Source of the DNA: a virus
Lineage: Duplodnaviria; Caudoviricetes
IMG/VR virus record: IMGVR_UViG_3300017761_004426
Coordinates: 1 to 33,377 of that record
Reading direction: 5' to 3' (one strand)
Length of the DNA: 33,377 nucleotides
The notes under the pieces are model-generated. The model saw only the letters and a program-made list of their open reading frames with translations, was not told the origin of the DNA and did no database searches. The translations under genes and the position numbers were made by a program. The stretch's first letter is position 1. Every line of letters begins with the position of its first letter. Of this stretch, positions 1 to 9,095 are shown in pieces.

Positions 1-84
1 AAAAAAGATCCACTTCTTTCCTAGCTATGAAAAACCATAAAAAACCCTCGTTTCCTTTCTAAAATAAATCCACAACCGAACCCA

Positions 85-918
85 ATGCCTAAACCCAAGC
101 CAAACACCGCTTCAACCATCCCAATCCATTGCAGTTACGCCCGCCTTGCGGACGTAACTTCGCTCGTCGCCAACCCCCGCAACCCAAATAAACACTCAGA
201 TAAACAGGTGGCGCTCCTCGCAAAAGTCATCCGCCATCAAGGGTGGCGCGCGCCGATCACGATCAGCAAGCGAAGCGGATTTATTGTCACCGGCCACGGG
301 CGACTAGCCGCCGCTCTCCTCCTCCAAGTTGAGCAGGTGCCAATTGATGAGCAGGATTTTGCCACGGAGGCCGACGAGTGGGCGCACCTCGTCGCAGACA
401 ACCGCATTGCCGAGCTGGCCGATGCTGACAGGGGGATGATTGCCGACCTGCTCGGCGAGCTTGACGCCGGGGGGCTTGATATGGATCTGACGGGGTTTGA
501 CATGGAGGCGTTAGAGGAGGCCCTGGCAGAGTCAGATGTGCCACAACAAGATGACATTTATACAAACAAGATTGTCGCTCCAATCTACGAGCCTAAAGGC
601 GAGCAACCTCCAATCTCAGATCTCATCGATAGGAGCAAGACAGAGGAACTGATGAAGGGGATCAAGGCGGCTGACCTCCCGAACGAGGTCGCTGAGTTTC
701 TTAGATTTGCCGCGGAGAGGCACACTACGTTTCACTTTCGCAACATCGCAGAGTTCTATTGTCACGCAGACAAGCCGACTCAGGATCTCATGGAAAAATC
801 TGCGCTCATTATCATCGACTTTGACAAGGCGATTGAGAATGGATTCGTGCATTTAACGGAAAAACTTGGGGCATTGGCAGACCAACAAAACGAGGAGGAC
901 GAAGACAATGGAGAATAA
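85..918 (+). CDS. ParB/Sulfiredoxin-like N-terminal domain fused to a C-terminal domain typical of phage glycosyltransferase-associated proteins
   Basis: ParB-N motifs NPRNPNKH, GWRAPITI, IVTGHGRL, ADNRIAE; C-terminal IYEPKGEQP...AAERH...IAEFY...SALIIIDFDKAIENG; stop overlaps the next GT gene. Confidence 0.85.
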   Translation: MPKPKPNTASTIPIHCSYARLADVTSLVANPRNPNKHSDKQVALLAKVIRHQGWRAPITISKRSGFIVTGHGRLAAALLLQVEQVPIDEQDFATEADEWAHLVADNRIAELADADRGMIADLLGELDAGGLDMDLTGFDMEALEEALAESDVPQQDDIYTNKIVAPIYEPKGEQPPISDLIDRSKTEELMKGIKAADLPNEVAEFLRFAAERHTTFHFRNIAEFYCHADKPTQDLMEKSALIIIDFDKAIENGFVHLTEKLGALADQQNEEDEDNGE

Positions 919-1789
919 TTTTTGCGTCTTCATCCTAACGCATGGCAGACCTGAACGCGTACACACTTACGACAGCTTAATGAAGGCTGGCTATACCGGG
1001 AAGGTGTTTATCGTCATCGATGACGAGGATAAGACTGAAGAGGAATATCGAAAGCGATTTGGCGAAAAAGTTCTGCAATTCTGCAAGAAGGAATGGGCAG
1101 AGAAGACAGACGAGGGCGACAACTTTAACCACCGCAAGGCGATTGTCTACGCTCGGAATGCTTGCTGGGAATTAGCGAAGCAAGTTAAGTGTGATTACTT
1201 TGTGCAGTTCGACGACGACTACACAAATTTCATGATTCGATTTGATTCAAAACTAAAGTTCCAAAATGGAAGAATAACACAAAACATTGATGCCGCATTA
1301 ACTGCGCTTTTGGATTTTTACAAATCCATCCCTGCAACAGCAATTGCGTTTTGCCAAGGGGGAGATCACATAGGAGGAAGGTACAAAGGACTTGGAAGCC
1401 TTGAAATAAAAGATGTAAGATTGCGAAGGAAGTGCATGAATAGTTGGTTCTGTGACGTTAACAAACCCTTTAAATTTGTGGGACACATGAACGAAGACGT
1501 GAGTGCTTACGTTCTAAATGGGTTGCAGGGACATCTGTTTTTCACAGTCATGCAAATGATGTTAGTGCAGAAACCAACCCAAACAACCGCAGGGGGGATG
1601 AGCGACCTTTATTTGTCATCCGGCACTTACGTAAAATCATTTTACTCGGTCATGCAATCCCCTTCATGCGTAAAAATCGGGCAACTTAAAGATCCTCGGA
1701 ATCCAAGCGGATGCCGTATCCATCACAAAATCAACTGGCACAATGCTTGTTCAAAAATTCTTAGAAACAAATGGAGGAAGGCACGATGA
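908..1789 (+). CDS. GT-A fold glycosyltransferase resembling TET-associated (TAGT)/phage DNA base glycosyltransferases
   Basis: FCVFILTHGRP first strand, YARN, YFVQFDDDY (DxD), CMNSWFC, MNEDV, TAGGMSDLY, YVKSFY; ATG at 908; AT-richer than structural genes. Confidence 0.75.
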   Translation: MENNFCVFILTHGRPERVHTYDSLMKAGYTGKVFIVIDDEDKTEEEYRKRFGEKVLQFCKKEWAEKTDEGDNFNHRKAIVYARNACWELAKQVKCDYFVQFDDDYTNFMIRFDSKLKFQNGRITQNIDAALTALLDFYKSIPATAIAFCQGGDHIGGRYKGLGSLEIKDVRLRRKCMNSWFCDVNKPFKFVGHMNEDVSAYVLNGLQGHLFFTVMQMMLVQKPTQTTAGGMSDLYLSSGTYVKSFYSVMQSPSCVKIGQLKDPRNPSGCRIHHKINWHNACSKILRNKWRKAR

Positions 1790-2553
1790 AAACTAAAGTC
1801 GTAATCCCGTGGCACAACGCCGATCAACTAGACATCTTCCTTCATGCATGGAGCATCGACCAAGACGATGACAGGGCAATTTTTCAACAAGATAAGACGA
1901 AGGAAGGATGTGCGAGAACGAAGAACCGAGGAATCACTGCCGCGATAGAATCAGGAGCCGACATTGTGATCATCCTCGACGATGACTGCTTTCCTGAGCA
2001 GGGGCAGACCTTTGGCGAGTTTATCGCGGCGCATGAAATCGCGCTCGAGCCTCAGTCGGTAGAGATGTTCGAAGTGGTGACAGATCCGCCAAGCCGGGGA
2101 ACGCCGTACTTCAATCGAACGATCGAAATGCCAGTCGCGGCTTCAATGGGGTTCTGGACGCACGTCGGCGATTACGATGCGCCGGGTCAGCTTGTCCATG
2201 GCGCAACCAAGCTGATGAAGTTTAGTCGAAAGGCAATTCATGGGCGATACTTTCCGCTGTGCGGAATGAACCTTGCTTTTCGTGTTGCCGAGTGGCCGTG
2301 GTGCCAGTTTATCGACGTGCCGAGGTTCGATGACATCTGGCAGGGATTCATTTGGCAAAGACAGGCATTTTTTGAGGGCAAATGCTTTAATCTTGCGGGC
2401 CCACTCGTTCGACATTCAAGGCAAAGTAACGTTTGGCAAAACCTCCAAGACGAGTCAAAAAATCTAGAGAGGAACGAAACTATCTGGCAAGACATCTACC
2501 GCTTACCGATAGGTGATTACGATCAGATCAAAACTGCTCTTGGTCTTCAATGA
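1786..2553 (+). CDS. GT75/RGP family protein (UDP-arabinopyranose mutase-like)
   Basis: LDDDC, RGTPYFNR, GFWTHVGDYDAPGQL, FPLCGMNLAF, RFDDIWQG, HSRQSNVWQNL are colinear with plant RGP/UAM motifs; ATGA overlaps at both ends. Confidence 0.85.
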   Translation: MKTKVVIPWHNADQLDIFLHAWSIDQDDDRAIFQQDKTKEGCARTKNRGITAAIESGADIVIILDDDCFPEQGQTFGEFIAAHEIALEPQSVEMFEVVTDPPSRGTPYFNRTIEMPVAASMGFWTHVGDYDAPGQLVHGATKLMKFSRKAIHGRYFPLCGMNLAFRVAEWPWCQFIDVPRFDDIWQGFIWQRQAFFEGKCFNLAGPLVRHSRQSNVWQNLQDESKNLERNETIWQDIYRLPIGDYDQIKTALGLQ

Positions 2554-3098
2554 GCGCCGCCACCCCAACCCCCGACCCGCTAACGTGGCCGAGCGACCGC
2601 ATGGCGCGTCTGCTCGACATGACCACGCGCCGCATGAACCAGCTCGTGAGCGAAGGCGTGCTTTTCCGCGAAGAGCGCGGGCGTTACTCGCCCCTAAAAA
2701 ACGCGGTTGCATACATCCGCTATCTGCGTGACAGGCGTGACCAAGCTGGCACCGCGTCAAATGAAGATGACGACAAAGCGACGAGACGCGCGCTCAACGT
2801 GGCACGCCACGACGAGATCCGCCTAAACATGGAAGTCACCGCGCGCACCCGCATCCCGCTCGACCTAATCGAAGAGATTGACGAGCGCCTGCACTCTAAC
2901 ATTGCGGGCATCCTCAAGAGCAGGCGAAACAAGACGCTCGACGAGGAAGCTTTGTCTGACATCTTCGGCGAGCTTCGGCAAGTCGGGCCAACCCTCCGCG
3001 CGTGGCATCAGCAAGTGACCGCCGCCGAAGTGCCCGTTGTCGCTACGCCTGTCAACCCGCCCGCCGAAGCAGACGATGACGAAGACGACGACGAATGA
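2550..3098 (+). CDS. terS: Terminase small subunit (Nu1-like winged HTH)
   Basis: ARLLDMTTRRMNQLVSEGVL...GRY...AVAYIRYLR; ATGA-coupled to the large terminase. Confidence 0.85.
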   Translation: MSAATPTPDPLTWPSDRMARLLDMTTRRMNQLVSEGVLFREERGRYSPLKNAVAYIRYLRDRRDQAGTASNEDDDKATRRALNVARHDEIRLNMEVTARTRIPLDLIEEIDERLHSNIAGILKSRRNKTLDEEALSDIFGELRQVGPTLRAWHQQVTAAEVPVVATPVNPPAEADDDEDDDE

Positions 3099-5020
3099 GC
3101 AACGCCACCACCATCCGCCCCCACGAGATCCGCGCAATCTCTCGCTCCTCAGCGGTGGAGCTTCGCGCCCGCATCGCGGCGCGTTGCTACGCGTTCTCTT
3201 CGCTCGTCCCGCCGGAGGAGTGGGCGCAGGACATTTACCGCCTCCCCACCGGCGGACGGTTTCGCTGGGAGTTTGCGCCGTATACTCGCGCGATGTTCAA
3301 GAGCATCTTCGACCCCAACTCCATCGAAACTTCGATGCAACTTTTTAGCCGTGGGCTCAAGTCAACGGTCATTCTTCTTGCCATCGGTTACGTGATCGAC
3401 CAAGCACCGCGGCGCATCCTCAGCTTGTGGCCAACCAATGGACAAGGGGAGAAGTGGAGCAAGGACAACTTGTGCGGGGAGTTGCTGAACTGCACTCCCG
3501 CCCTTAGCTACCTCGGCAACGCCACGGGCAAACGCATCACAAGCAACACCCTCCTCCACAAAGAATTCCCCGGCGGGCTCATCGACATCTTCGGTGCCAA
3601 CTCCCCAGGCGATATGCGACGCGCGAAAGGATCGTTCCTCTACGCTGACGAAATCGACGCAATCGGCACCGAGCAAACCGACGAAGGCGACCAGCTCGCG
3701 ATCTTCAATAAACGCGGCGACGAATATCCCGACACCATCCGCGTATTCTCCTCCTACCCTTCGGTGCAGGGGCTCAGCAGAATCAACGCGAGGCTGAAAG
3801 ACTCAGACCACAACGAATGGCATTCGACGTGCGTGGAGTGTGGGGGCGAACCGTTCGTCATGCATCGGAATCAACTCCGCTATGACATCGCATCCCCAGA
3901 AGGTGCCCGCCTTGAATGCCCGCGGTGCTCCGCTTTGCTTACCGACCGCCAACGCTATGACATGGCACACCGCCAAGGCTACGACAACTGGCGACCGCGC
4001 AACGCCTTCCGTGGGAAGCGTGGATATCAGGCGAACGCGCTCCTCTGGCCTCACCCAGTAGACGAGAAAAAATACGCGGGGGGCTGGCTGCAGTGCATCG
4101 CCCAACAAGAGATTGACGCGAAGCAAAGCGACAACCCAAGGCGATCGATGCGCGTGCTTGTCAACACCGTGGACGCGGAACCTTGGGATCCTACCGAAGA
4201 CAGCGAAAAGCCGCCAGAGTGGCGGGAGATCTACGAAGCCCGCGAACACTACACCGACGCGCCGCGTGATGCGCTCTTTCTCACCGCGTTCGTTGACGTC
4301 CAGCTCAATCGCCTCGAATGCGGATGGCGGGCGTGGGGAAGGAACGAGGAAAGCTGGGGGCTCGACCACGTGGTTTTAGATGGACACGTTCGGATGGCAG
4401 ACGTTTGGAAATCTTTACGCAAGCAACTCGCCCGCAAATTCCCGCGCGAAGGTGGCGGGTATCTGACCCTTGGCATGGCGCTCGTTGACGGCGGCCACTT
4501 CGCCGAGGACGTTTACCGTTTCATGCAAGAACTTTCGACGAATCCGATGCCGGGGGTGAGCGGGAAATGTCGGGCGAGCAAGGGCGTCGGGCAAGCCAAC
4601 CACCCGATTATTGACCGCAAATGGAAGACGGTGGCGCGCAACCTTAAAGGGTATCACATCGGCACGTGGGAGGCGAAAGATCGCATCTATGAGCGGCTCA
4701 AGGTGAAGGCGAAAGACGGCGAGACGCCCGAAGGCATCATGCACTTCAACCAGCGATTCGGCGAAGAATATTGCCAGCAGTTGACCGTTGAGACGGTGGC
4801 GATTAGCTACGAGCGAGGGGAGGAGGTGCGGAAATATTTAAACGCGAAGCAGGCGCGAAACGAAGCGATAGACATTGAAGTTGGCAACCTCGCCGCCTTC
4901 CGCCTGCACCCGCGCAACATGGACGCGCTTGAGGATGAGCTTGAGAATCAGCAACCCATCAACGCGCCTGCGCCTCCTCAGGCGGCGAGCGTTATGCGGG
5001 GTGGCGGGTGGGGGCTTTAA
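3095..5020 (+). CDS. terL: Terminase large subunit, lambda gpA family
   Basis: 641 aa; APY motif, Walker B LYADEID, CVEC/CPRC zinc pair, nuclease motifs FVDVQ..RLE, VDGG, SKG, RNEAID. Confidence 0.95.
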   Translation: MSNATTIRPHEIRAISRSSAVELRARIAARCYAFSSLVPPEEWAQDIYRLPTGGRFRWEFAPYTRAMFKSIFDPNSIETSMQLFSRGLKSTVILLAIGYVIDQAPRRILSLWPTNGQGEKWSKDNLCGELLNCTPALSYLGNATGKRITSNTLLHKEFPGGLIDIFGANSPGDMRRAKGSFLYADEIDAIGTEQTDEGDQLAIFNKRGDEYPDTIRVFSSYPSVQGLSRINARLKDSDHNEWHSTCVECGGEPFVMHRNQLRYDIASPEGARLECPRCSALLTDRQRYDMAHRQGYDNWRPRNAFRGKRGYQANALLWPHPVDEKKYAGGWLQCIAQQEIDAKQSDNPRRSMRVLVNTVDAEPWDPTEDSEKPPEWREIYEAREHYTDAPRDALFLTAFVDVQLNRLECGWRAWGRNEESWGLDHVVLDGHVRMADVWKSLRKQLARKFPREGGGYLTLGMALVDGGHFAEDVYRFMQELSTNPMPGVSGKCRASKGVGQANHPIIDRKWKTVARNLKGYHIGTWEAKDRIYERLKVKAKDGETPEGIMHFNQRFGEEYCQQLTVETVAISYERGEEVRKYLNAKQARNEAIDIEVGNLAAFRLHPRNMDALEDELENQQPINAPAPPQAASVMRGGGWGL

Positions 5021-5030
5021 AATTAATTCA

Positions 5031-5059
5031 TTGCAAAGAGGGGAGAGAATCGGCAAGGT
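5031..5059 (+). promoter_or_regulatory. Putative promoter TTGCAA-N17-CAAGGT for the helicase cassette
   Basis: Same spacing and consensus as motifs at 6695, 10028, 15653 and 22572; ATG at 5070. Confidence 0.45.
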
Positions 5060-5069
5060 TCTATCGCTT

Positions 5070-6179
5070 ATGACAAAGCCTATTGAACTGCGTGACTATC
5101 AAAAAACCATAGTCGCCTCCACCTTAATCGCCTTACAAACTCACTCGCGGGTGGTTGTGGCTTGCCCGACAGGATCAGGGAAAACCGTCATTGCCATCCA
5201 CGGAATCCTTCCCAACCTGCAAGGGAAAACGGCTTGGGTGACGCACCGAAAAGAGCTTGAAAAGCAGGTGCATGAATACGGGGCAAACCTCAGAGTGTCC
5301 CTAGTGCAACGGAAAATCTTTGGCGATTACCAGAATATCATTATCGACGAGGGGCACCACGTTTGCGCGGATCAGTATCGGCAAATCCTAGAAGACCACC
5401 CTTCGGCAAAGATTATTGCTCTCACCGCAACCCCTTATCGGCTTGATGGCGTCGGGCTTGGATCATGCGGATTCACCAAGATCATCCACGGGCCAGACAC
5501 CTACGACCTCACCGAAGACGGCACGCTTTGTCGGGCCCGCGTCTACATTCCAAAATCAGAACACACGGCGGCGTGGTCGCCTGATGCCGCGGCAAGCCGA
5601 ATTGCCAAAACCGAATTCACTAAGGGGATTGTCTTTTGCCGATCAGTGGATGAGGCAAAGGAACTCGCGCAACTCCTCACCGCCGCAGGAATAAAATCTG
5701 CCAGCATTGACGGGATGACAGACCCAGAAAAACGGGGGCAACTCTTCAAGGGATTTGCGAAAGGAAAGCTAAAGATCATCTGCAACCACACTATCTTCAC
5801 CGAAGGCGTCGACGTTCCCGACGTGGATTTGATTGTTCTGAACCGCCACACTTTGAGCCGGTGCCTATGGAAGCAGATGATCGGGAGAGGAACTCGAAAC
5901 GCCCCCGGCAAGCAGGAATGCACGGTGCTAGACCTCGCGGGCAACGGCGTCTTCCACGGATCAATTTACGACCGAGAAATCTACGACCTCAATGGCAAGG
6001 TCGAATCTACCGAATCGCGAACACTCACCGAGACAGGGGGCGAGGACGAAACAACTTATGACCACAACCAAGGAGAAGAACTAAAGGAATGGAAACCACA
6101 ACCGAAACCAATCAGGCTAATCGCGAGCTTACAAAGACTGAAATTCAAATCGTTGTTGCACAGATTCAGGATCGCCTGA
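5070..6179 (+). CDS. Superfamily II (DEAD/DEAH-like) helicase
   Basis: Q motif LRDYQ, Walker A PTGSGKT, DEGH, TATP, TEGVDVP, QMIGRGTR; ATG at 5070 preferred over the ORF-track start inside terL. Confidence 0.92.
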   Translation: MTKPIELRDYQKTIVASTLIALQTHSRVVVACPTGSGKTVIAIHGILPNLQGKTAWVTHRKELEKQVHEYGANLRVSLVQRKIFGDYQNIIIDEGHHVCADQYRQILEDHPSAKIIALTATPYRLDGVGLGSCGFTKIIHGPDTYDLTEDGTLCRARVYIPKSEHTAAWSPDAAASRIAKTEFTKGIVFCRSVDEAKELAQLLTAAGIKSASIDGMTDPEKRGQLFKGFAKGKLKIICNHTIFTEGVDVPDVDLIVLNRHTLSRCLWKQMIGRGTRNAPGKQECTVLDLAGNGVFHGSIYDREIYDLNGKVESTESRTLTETGGEDETTYDHNQGEELKEWKPQPKPIRLIASLQRLKFKSLLHRFRIA

Positions 6180-6631
6180 TGCGCGTGGCGAAGGCGCAGA
6201 GGGATTATATCGAAGACATTGAACTGCACTGGCTTCAGCACCCTATCGATGAGGAGGTTGAAAGAGATGAATACCCAGAAGAGGAAAAAAAGACTCAGCT
6301 AAGGAAGAAATATGACATCCCTGAAGGTGTGCATTTATTTATGGATGGGGTTGACTCGGCTCTTTTGGACTCTGATGCGAAAGCCTGCAAACCCTACATC
6401 GTAGCGTTTGTGAACGGGAAACTAACGGGGGAAACGTTGTATCACTTGCTGTTTTTCTTTGAGGAAGTCGGCGAATGCGATTACGGGTGGATCCTTGTTG
6501 AACGCCCAATCGGATTCTATGACGCGCCGAGTGATGAAGACTTTGAAGAAATAATGACCGAGATCCGATCAATCGGAACGCGATCAAGAACGAAGGCTAA
6601 AAACCTGCCGAAGCTGACAAATTTAAACTAA
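6089..6631 (+). CDS. Hypothetical acidic protein, second gene of the helicase cassette
   Basis: 180-aa ATG ORF overlapping the helicase 3' end by 91 nt, followed by a terminator. Confidence 0.65.
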   Translation: METTTETNQANRELTKTEIQIVVAQIQDRLMRVAKAQRDYIEDIELHWLQHPIDEEVERDEYPEEEKKTQLRKKYDIPEGVHLFMDGVDSALLDSDAKACKPYIVAFVNGKLTGETLYHLLFFFEEVGECDYGWILVERPIGFYDAPSDEDFEEIMTEIRSIGTRSRTKAKNLPKLTNLN

Positions 6632-6649
6632 ACTCCTCCTCTCAACCCC

Positions 6650-6685
6650 AACGCCCCATCGAAGCAATTCGGTGGGGCGTTTTTT
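6650..6685 (+). terminator. Rho-independent terminator
   Basis: AACGCCCCATCGAA-GCAA-TTCGGTGGGGCGTT followed by a T run. Confidence 0.85.
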
Positions 6686-6694
6686 GTGTGCGGG

Positions 6695-6723
6695 TTGCCA
6701 ATCTTTGCGGGGGTGGTGAAACT
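6695..6723 (+). promoter_or_regulatory. Putative promoter TTGCCA-N17-GAAACT
   Basis: GGGTTGCCAAT just after the terminator; -35 element 38 nt before ATG 6733. Confidence 0.5.
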
Positions 6724-6732
6724 CAAGGCACA

Positions 6733-7314
6733 ATGCCTGACCCACTCGTCGGAATCCCAATGCAGTTTGAAGCTGGGGACACCGTAATTTTCACCGAAGC
6801 TTTCGCCGACTACGCGCCCGGCACCTACACCGCCACGCTCGTCCTAAACAACCGAGTCGCCGCGGCAACCACGATCACCGCCACGACTTCGGGCGCGCTC
6901 TTCCTGTTCACGCTCAGCGCCACCGTCACGGCCGCGATCACCGCAGGCGCTTACACCTACGCGATCTATGCGACGAGCGGAGCGACCCGCTACACCGCAA
7001 AGCAGGGCACGATCAACGTGCTAGCCAACCTCACCGCCACCGCAACCCCATCCTTCGCCCAGGCGCAAGTTACTCGCCTGCAAACCATCCTCGCCGAGTT
7101 CAGCGCGACGACGAAGCAAAGCGTCAGTTTCAACGGGCAATCCTTCTCCCGCGGGGCAATCAAAGATTACCAAGAGCAACTCAGCTTCTGGCAAGCCACC
7201 GTGATACGCGAAACCGCCGCCGACAACGCCGCGCGCGGATCCACGACGAGCAACCGCATCACGCTTTCGTTCGTCCCAGCCAACAACCTCGACCCCACCT
7301 ATTACGCCCGATGA
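6733..7314 (+). CDS. Head-tail joining protein (gpW-like C-terminus) with Thr/Ala-rich beta N-terminal domain
   Basis: Between terL and portal; C-terminal QSVSFNGQSFSR...QEQLSFW resembles gpW; ATGA-coupled to the portal. Confidence 0.7.
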   Translation: MPDPLVGIPMQFEAGDTVIFTEAFADYAPGTYTATLVLNNRVAAATTITATTSGALFLFTLSATVTAAITAGAYTYAIYATSGATRYTAKQGTINVLANLTATATPSFAQAQVTRLQTILAEFSATTKQSVSFNGQSFSRGAIKDYQEQLSFWQATVIRETAADNAARGSTTSNRITLSFVPANNLDPTYYAR

Positions 7315-9095
7315 ACATTTTCACGAAGATATTCAGCAAAAAAGGCGGGAACAAAACAGGGGAACGCGGGTTCCGCGAACTCGCTTCGGTTGGCGGTGGC
7401 ATCAATGGCGATTGGCCCGTAAGTCAGATCGGGGAAGACGCCGATATGTGGCAGAACGCGTGGGCGTTGACCTCCCGCGTTCGCGATCTTTTTCGCTCCA
7501 ATCCGCTCTACCAAGCATATCGTGAAACGCTGTGGGCGAACGTCTTCGGGAGCGAAGGCATCATGCTTCGGAGTCGCGTAAAAGAGCAGGAAGACCGCAT
7601 CGTGCAGAACGCCGGAGAGAAGGCGACGCTTCGCGCCTACGACGCGCGAATTGACCGCGTGCGCGCTCACGCCGCCGAGCGGAGTGGCAACCCGTTCCAC
7701 CCAACAAACCGCCCGTGGATCGGCTCTAATGGCTCAAGCAGGGCGCAAGTCAAAGTTGGTGAGCCTGACGTGTTCGCGCGGCAAATGATTGAGAAAAAAT
7801 GGGCGGAGTGGCAACGGGCGGAATACTGCGACACCCGGGGGACGCGTAACTACAAAACGATGCGACAGCTTCGCCTAATTTCAGCGGTTCGAGACGGCGA
7901 CTTTTTCATCCGCATGATTCGCGACCCTCGGGTAAATAAGTTTGGTTTCTCGCTTCAGATGATCAATGCGGAGTGGTGTGATCGCCTGATGAACGGGACG
8001 CTCGAGAACGGAAACGTCGTGCGAATGGGCATTGAATACGAGAGCTCAAGCTGGGGGCTTGGAAAGGCGGTGGCTTATTATTTCATCCGCCGTCAGCCCA
8101 ACGACTGGCAGTTCACGATTGCAGGCACCTTCGGCTTCGGGGCGATCAACAATGGGCTCCATGACCGCATCCCCGCCCGCGAAATCATCCACTACGCGCG
8201 CCCCGTGGACAGCGATTCGACCCGCCCCGCCCCGTGGGTTGCAACGACAATCCCGAAGGCGCGCCAACTCGACCAATACGAGCTCGCCGAGGTGGTCGCC
8301 GCTCGTCAGCAGGCGACGAAAACGGGGTGGCTTTACTCGGACGTTCTCCCCGAAGGCGGGAACGCTGGCTTCACCGTTGACCCGCGCAACGGTCTACCCA
8401 ATCAGCAGATGGGGCCGGGCGACATCGGCGCTCTTCCTTGGGGGGTGAAGTATCAAGCGATCGACCCGACGCACCCAAACGGCAACTTCGGCGAGTTCAG
8501 AAAAGCGATGGTGCGGAGCCAATGTGCGGGGATGCCTGGAGCCAATTACTCCACGATGGCGAATGATTACGAGGCGATCAATTTCAGCGCGGGACGCCTT
8601 CAGAAGCTCGACAGCAACGAGCTTTTCAAGCTCATCCAAACCTTCGACATTGACTACGCCGAGCGTCCAATTTTCGAAGCTTGGTTGGAGATGGCGCTGA
8701 CCACCGGCGCGATTCCGCTCCCCCTAGCTAAGTTCGACAAATTCAGCGCGGCAGTCTTTCAAGGGCGGAGGTGGCAAGGGGTGGACGAGGGGAAAGAAGC
8801 GACAGCCGCGGCGCTCCGCGTGGCAAATCACATGAGCAGTTTGAGCCGCGAATGTGCAGACAAAGGAGCCGACTTTGAGGAGATCGCTTTTGAGCGCGCG
8901 GAAGAGTTGATGCTTCAGGAGCAACTCGGCATCAACCCTCAACTGACCGTCGCCTATCCGCCCCCGCAGATGCCCGCGGCGAAGCCTGACGAAGAGGATG
9001 AGGAAGACGAGGAAGAGGATGAGGATGAGGAAGATGAAGAGGACGACGAGGAAGAAATGGCGCAAGCAATCGCCGCCGCTAAATCCCGCCAATGA
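7311..9095 (+). CDS. Portal protein, lambda gpB family
   Basis: SRVRDLFRSNP, RDGDFF, MGIEY, AVAYY, IIHY, INFSAGR, RPIFEAWL, GRRWQGVD..KE; poly-acidic C-terminal tail. Confidence 0.93.
   Translation: MNIFTKIFSKKGGNKTGERGFRELASVGGGINGDWPVSQIGEDADMWQNAWALTSRVRDLFRSNPLYQAYRETLWANVFGSEGIMLRSRVKEQEDRIVQNAGEKATLRAYDARIDRVRAHAAERSGNPFHPTNRPWIGSNGSSRAQVKVGEPDVFARQMIEKKWAEWQRAEYCDTRGTRNYKTMRQLRLISAVRDGDFFIRMIRDPRVNKFGFSLQMINAEWCDRLMNGTLENGNVVRMGIEYESSSWGLGKAVAYYFIRRQPNDWQFTIAGTFGFGAINNGLHDRIPAREIIHYARPVDSDSTRPAPWVATTIPKARQLDQYELAEVVAARQQATKTGWLYSDVLPEGGNAGFTVDPRNGLPNQQMGPGDIGALPWGVKYQAIDPTHPNGNFGEFRKAMVRSQCAGMPGANYSTMANDYEAINFSAGRLQKLDSNELFKLIQTFDIDYAERPIFEAWLEMALTTGAIPLPLAKFDKFSAAVFQGRRWQGVDEGKEATAAALRVANHMSSLSRECADKGADFEEIAFERAEELMLQEQLGINPQLTVAYPPPQMPAAKPDEEDEEDEEEDEDEEDEEDDEEEMAQAIAAAKSRQ

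Noticed and set aside
85-918. ParB as a plasmid-prophage partition protein
   Set aside because: No HTH DNA-binding domain or ParA partner; context is the terminase and modification module
4875-5069. ORF-track N-terminal extension of the helicase
   Set aside because: Overlaps terL and the intergenic promoter; helicase motifs begin right after ATG 5070
8988-9056. GAR/GAY trinucleotide-like repeat (poly-Ser on the minus strand)
   Set aside because: Explained by the Asp/Glu coding tract; not a separate repeat element
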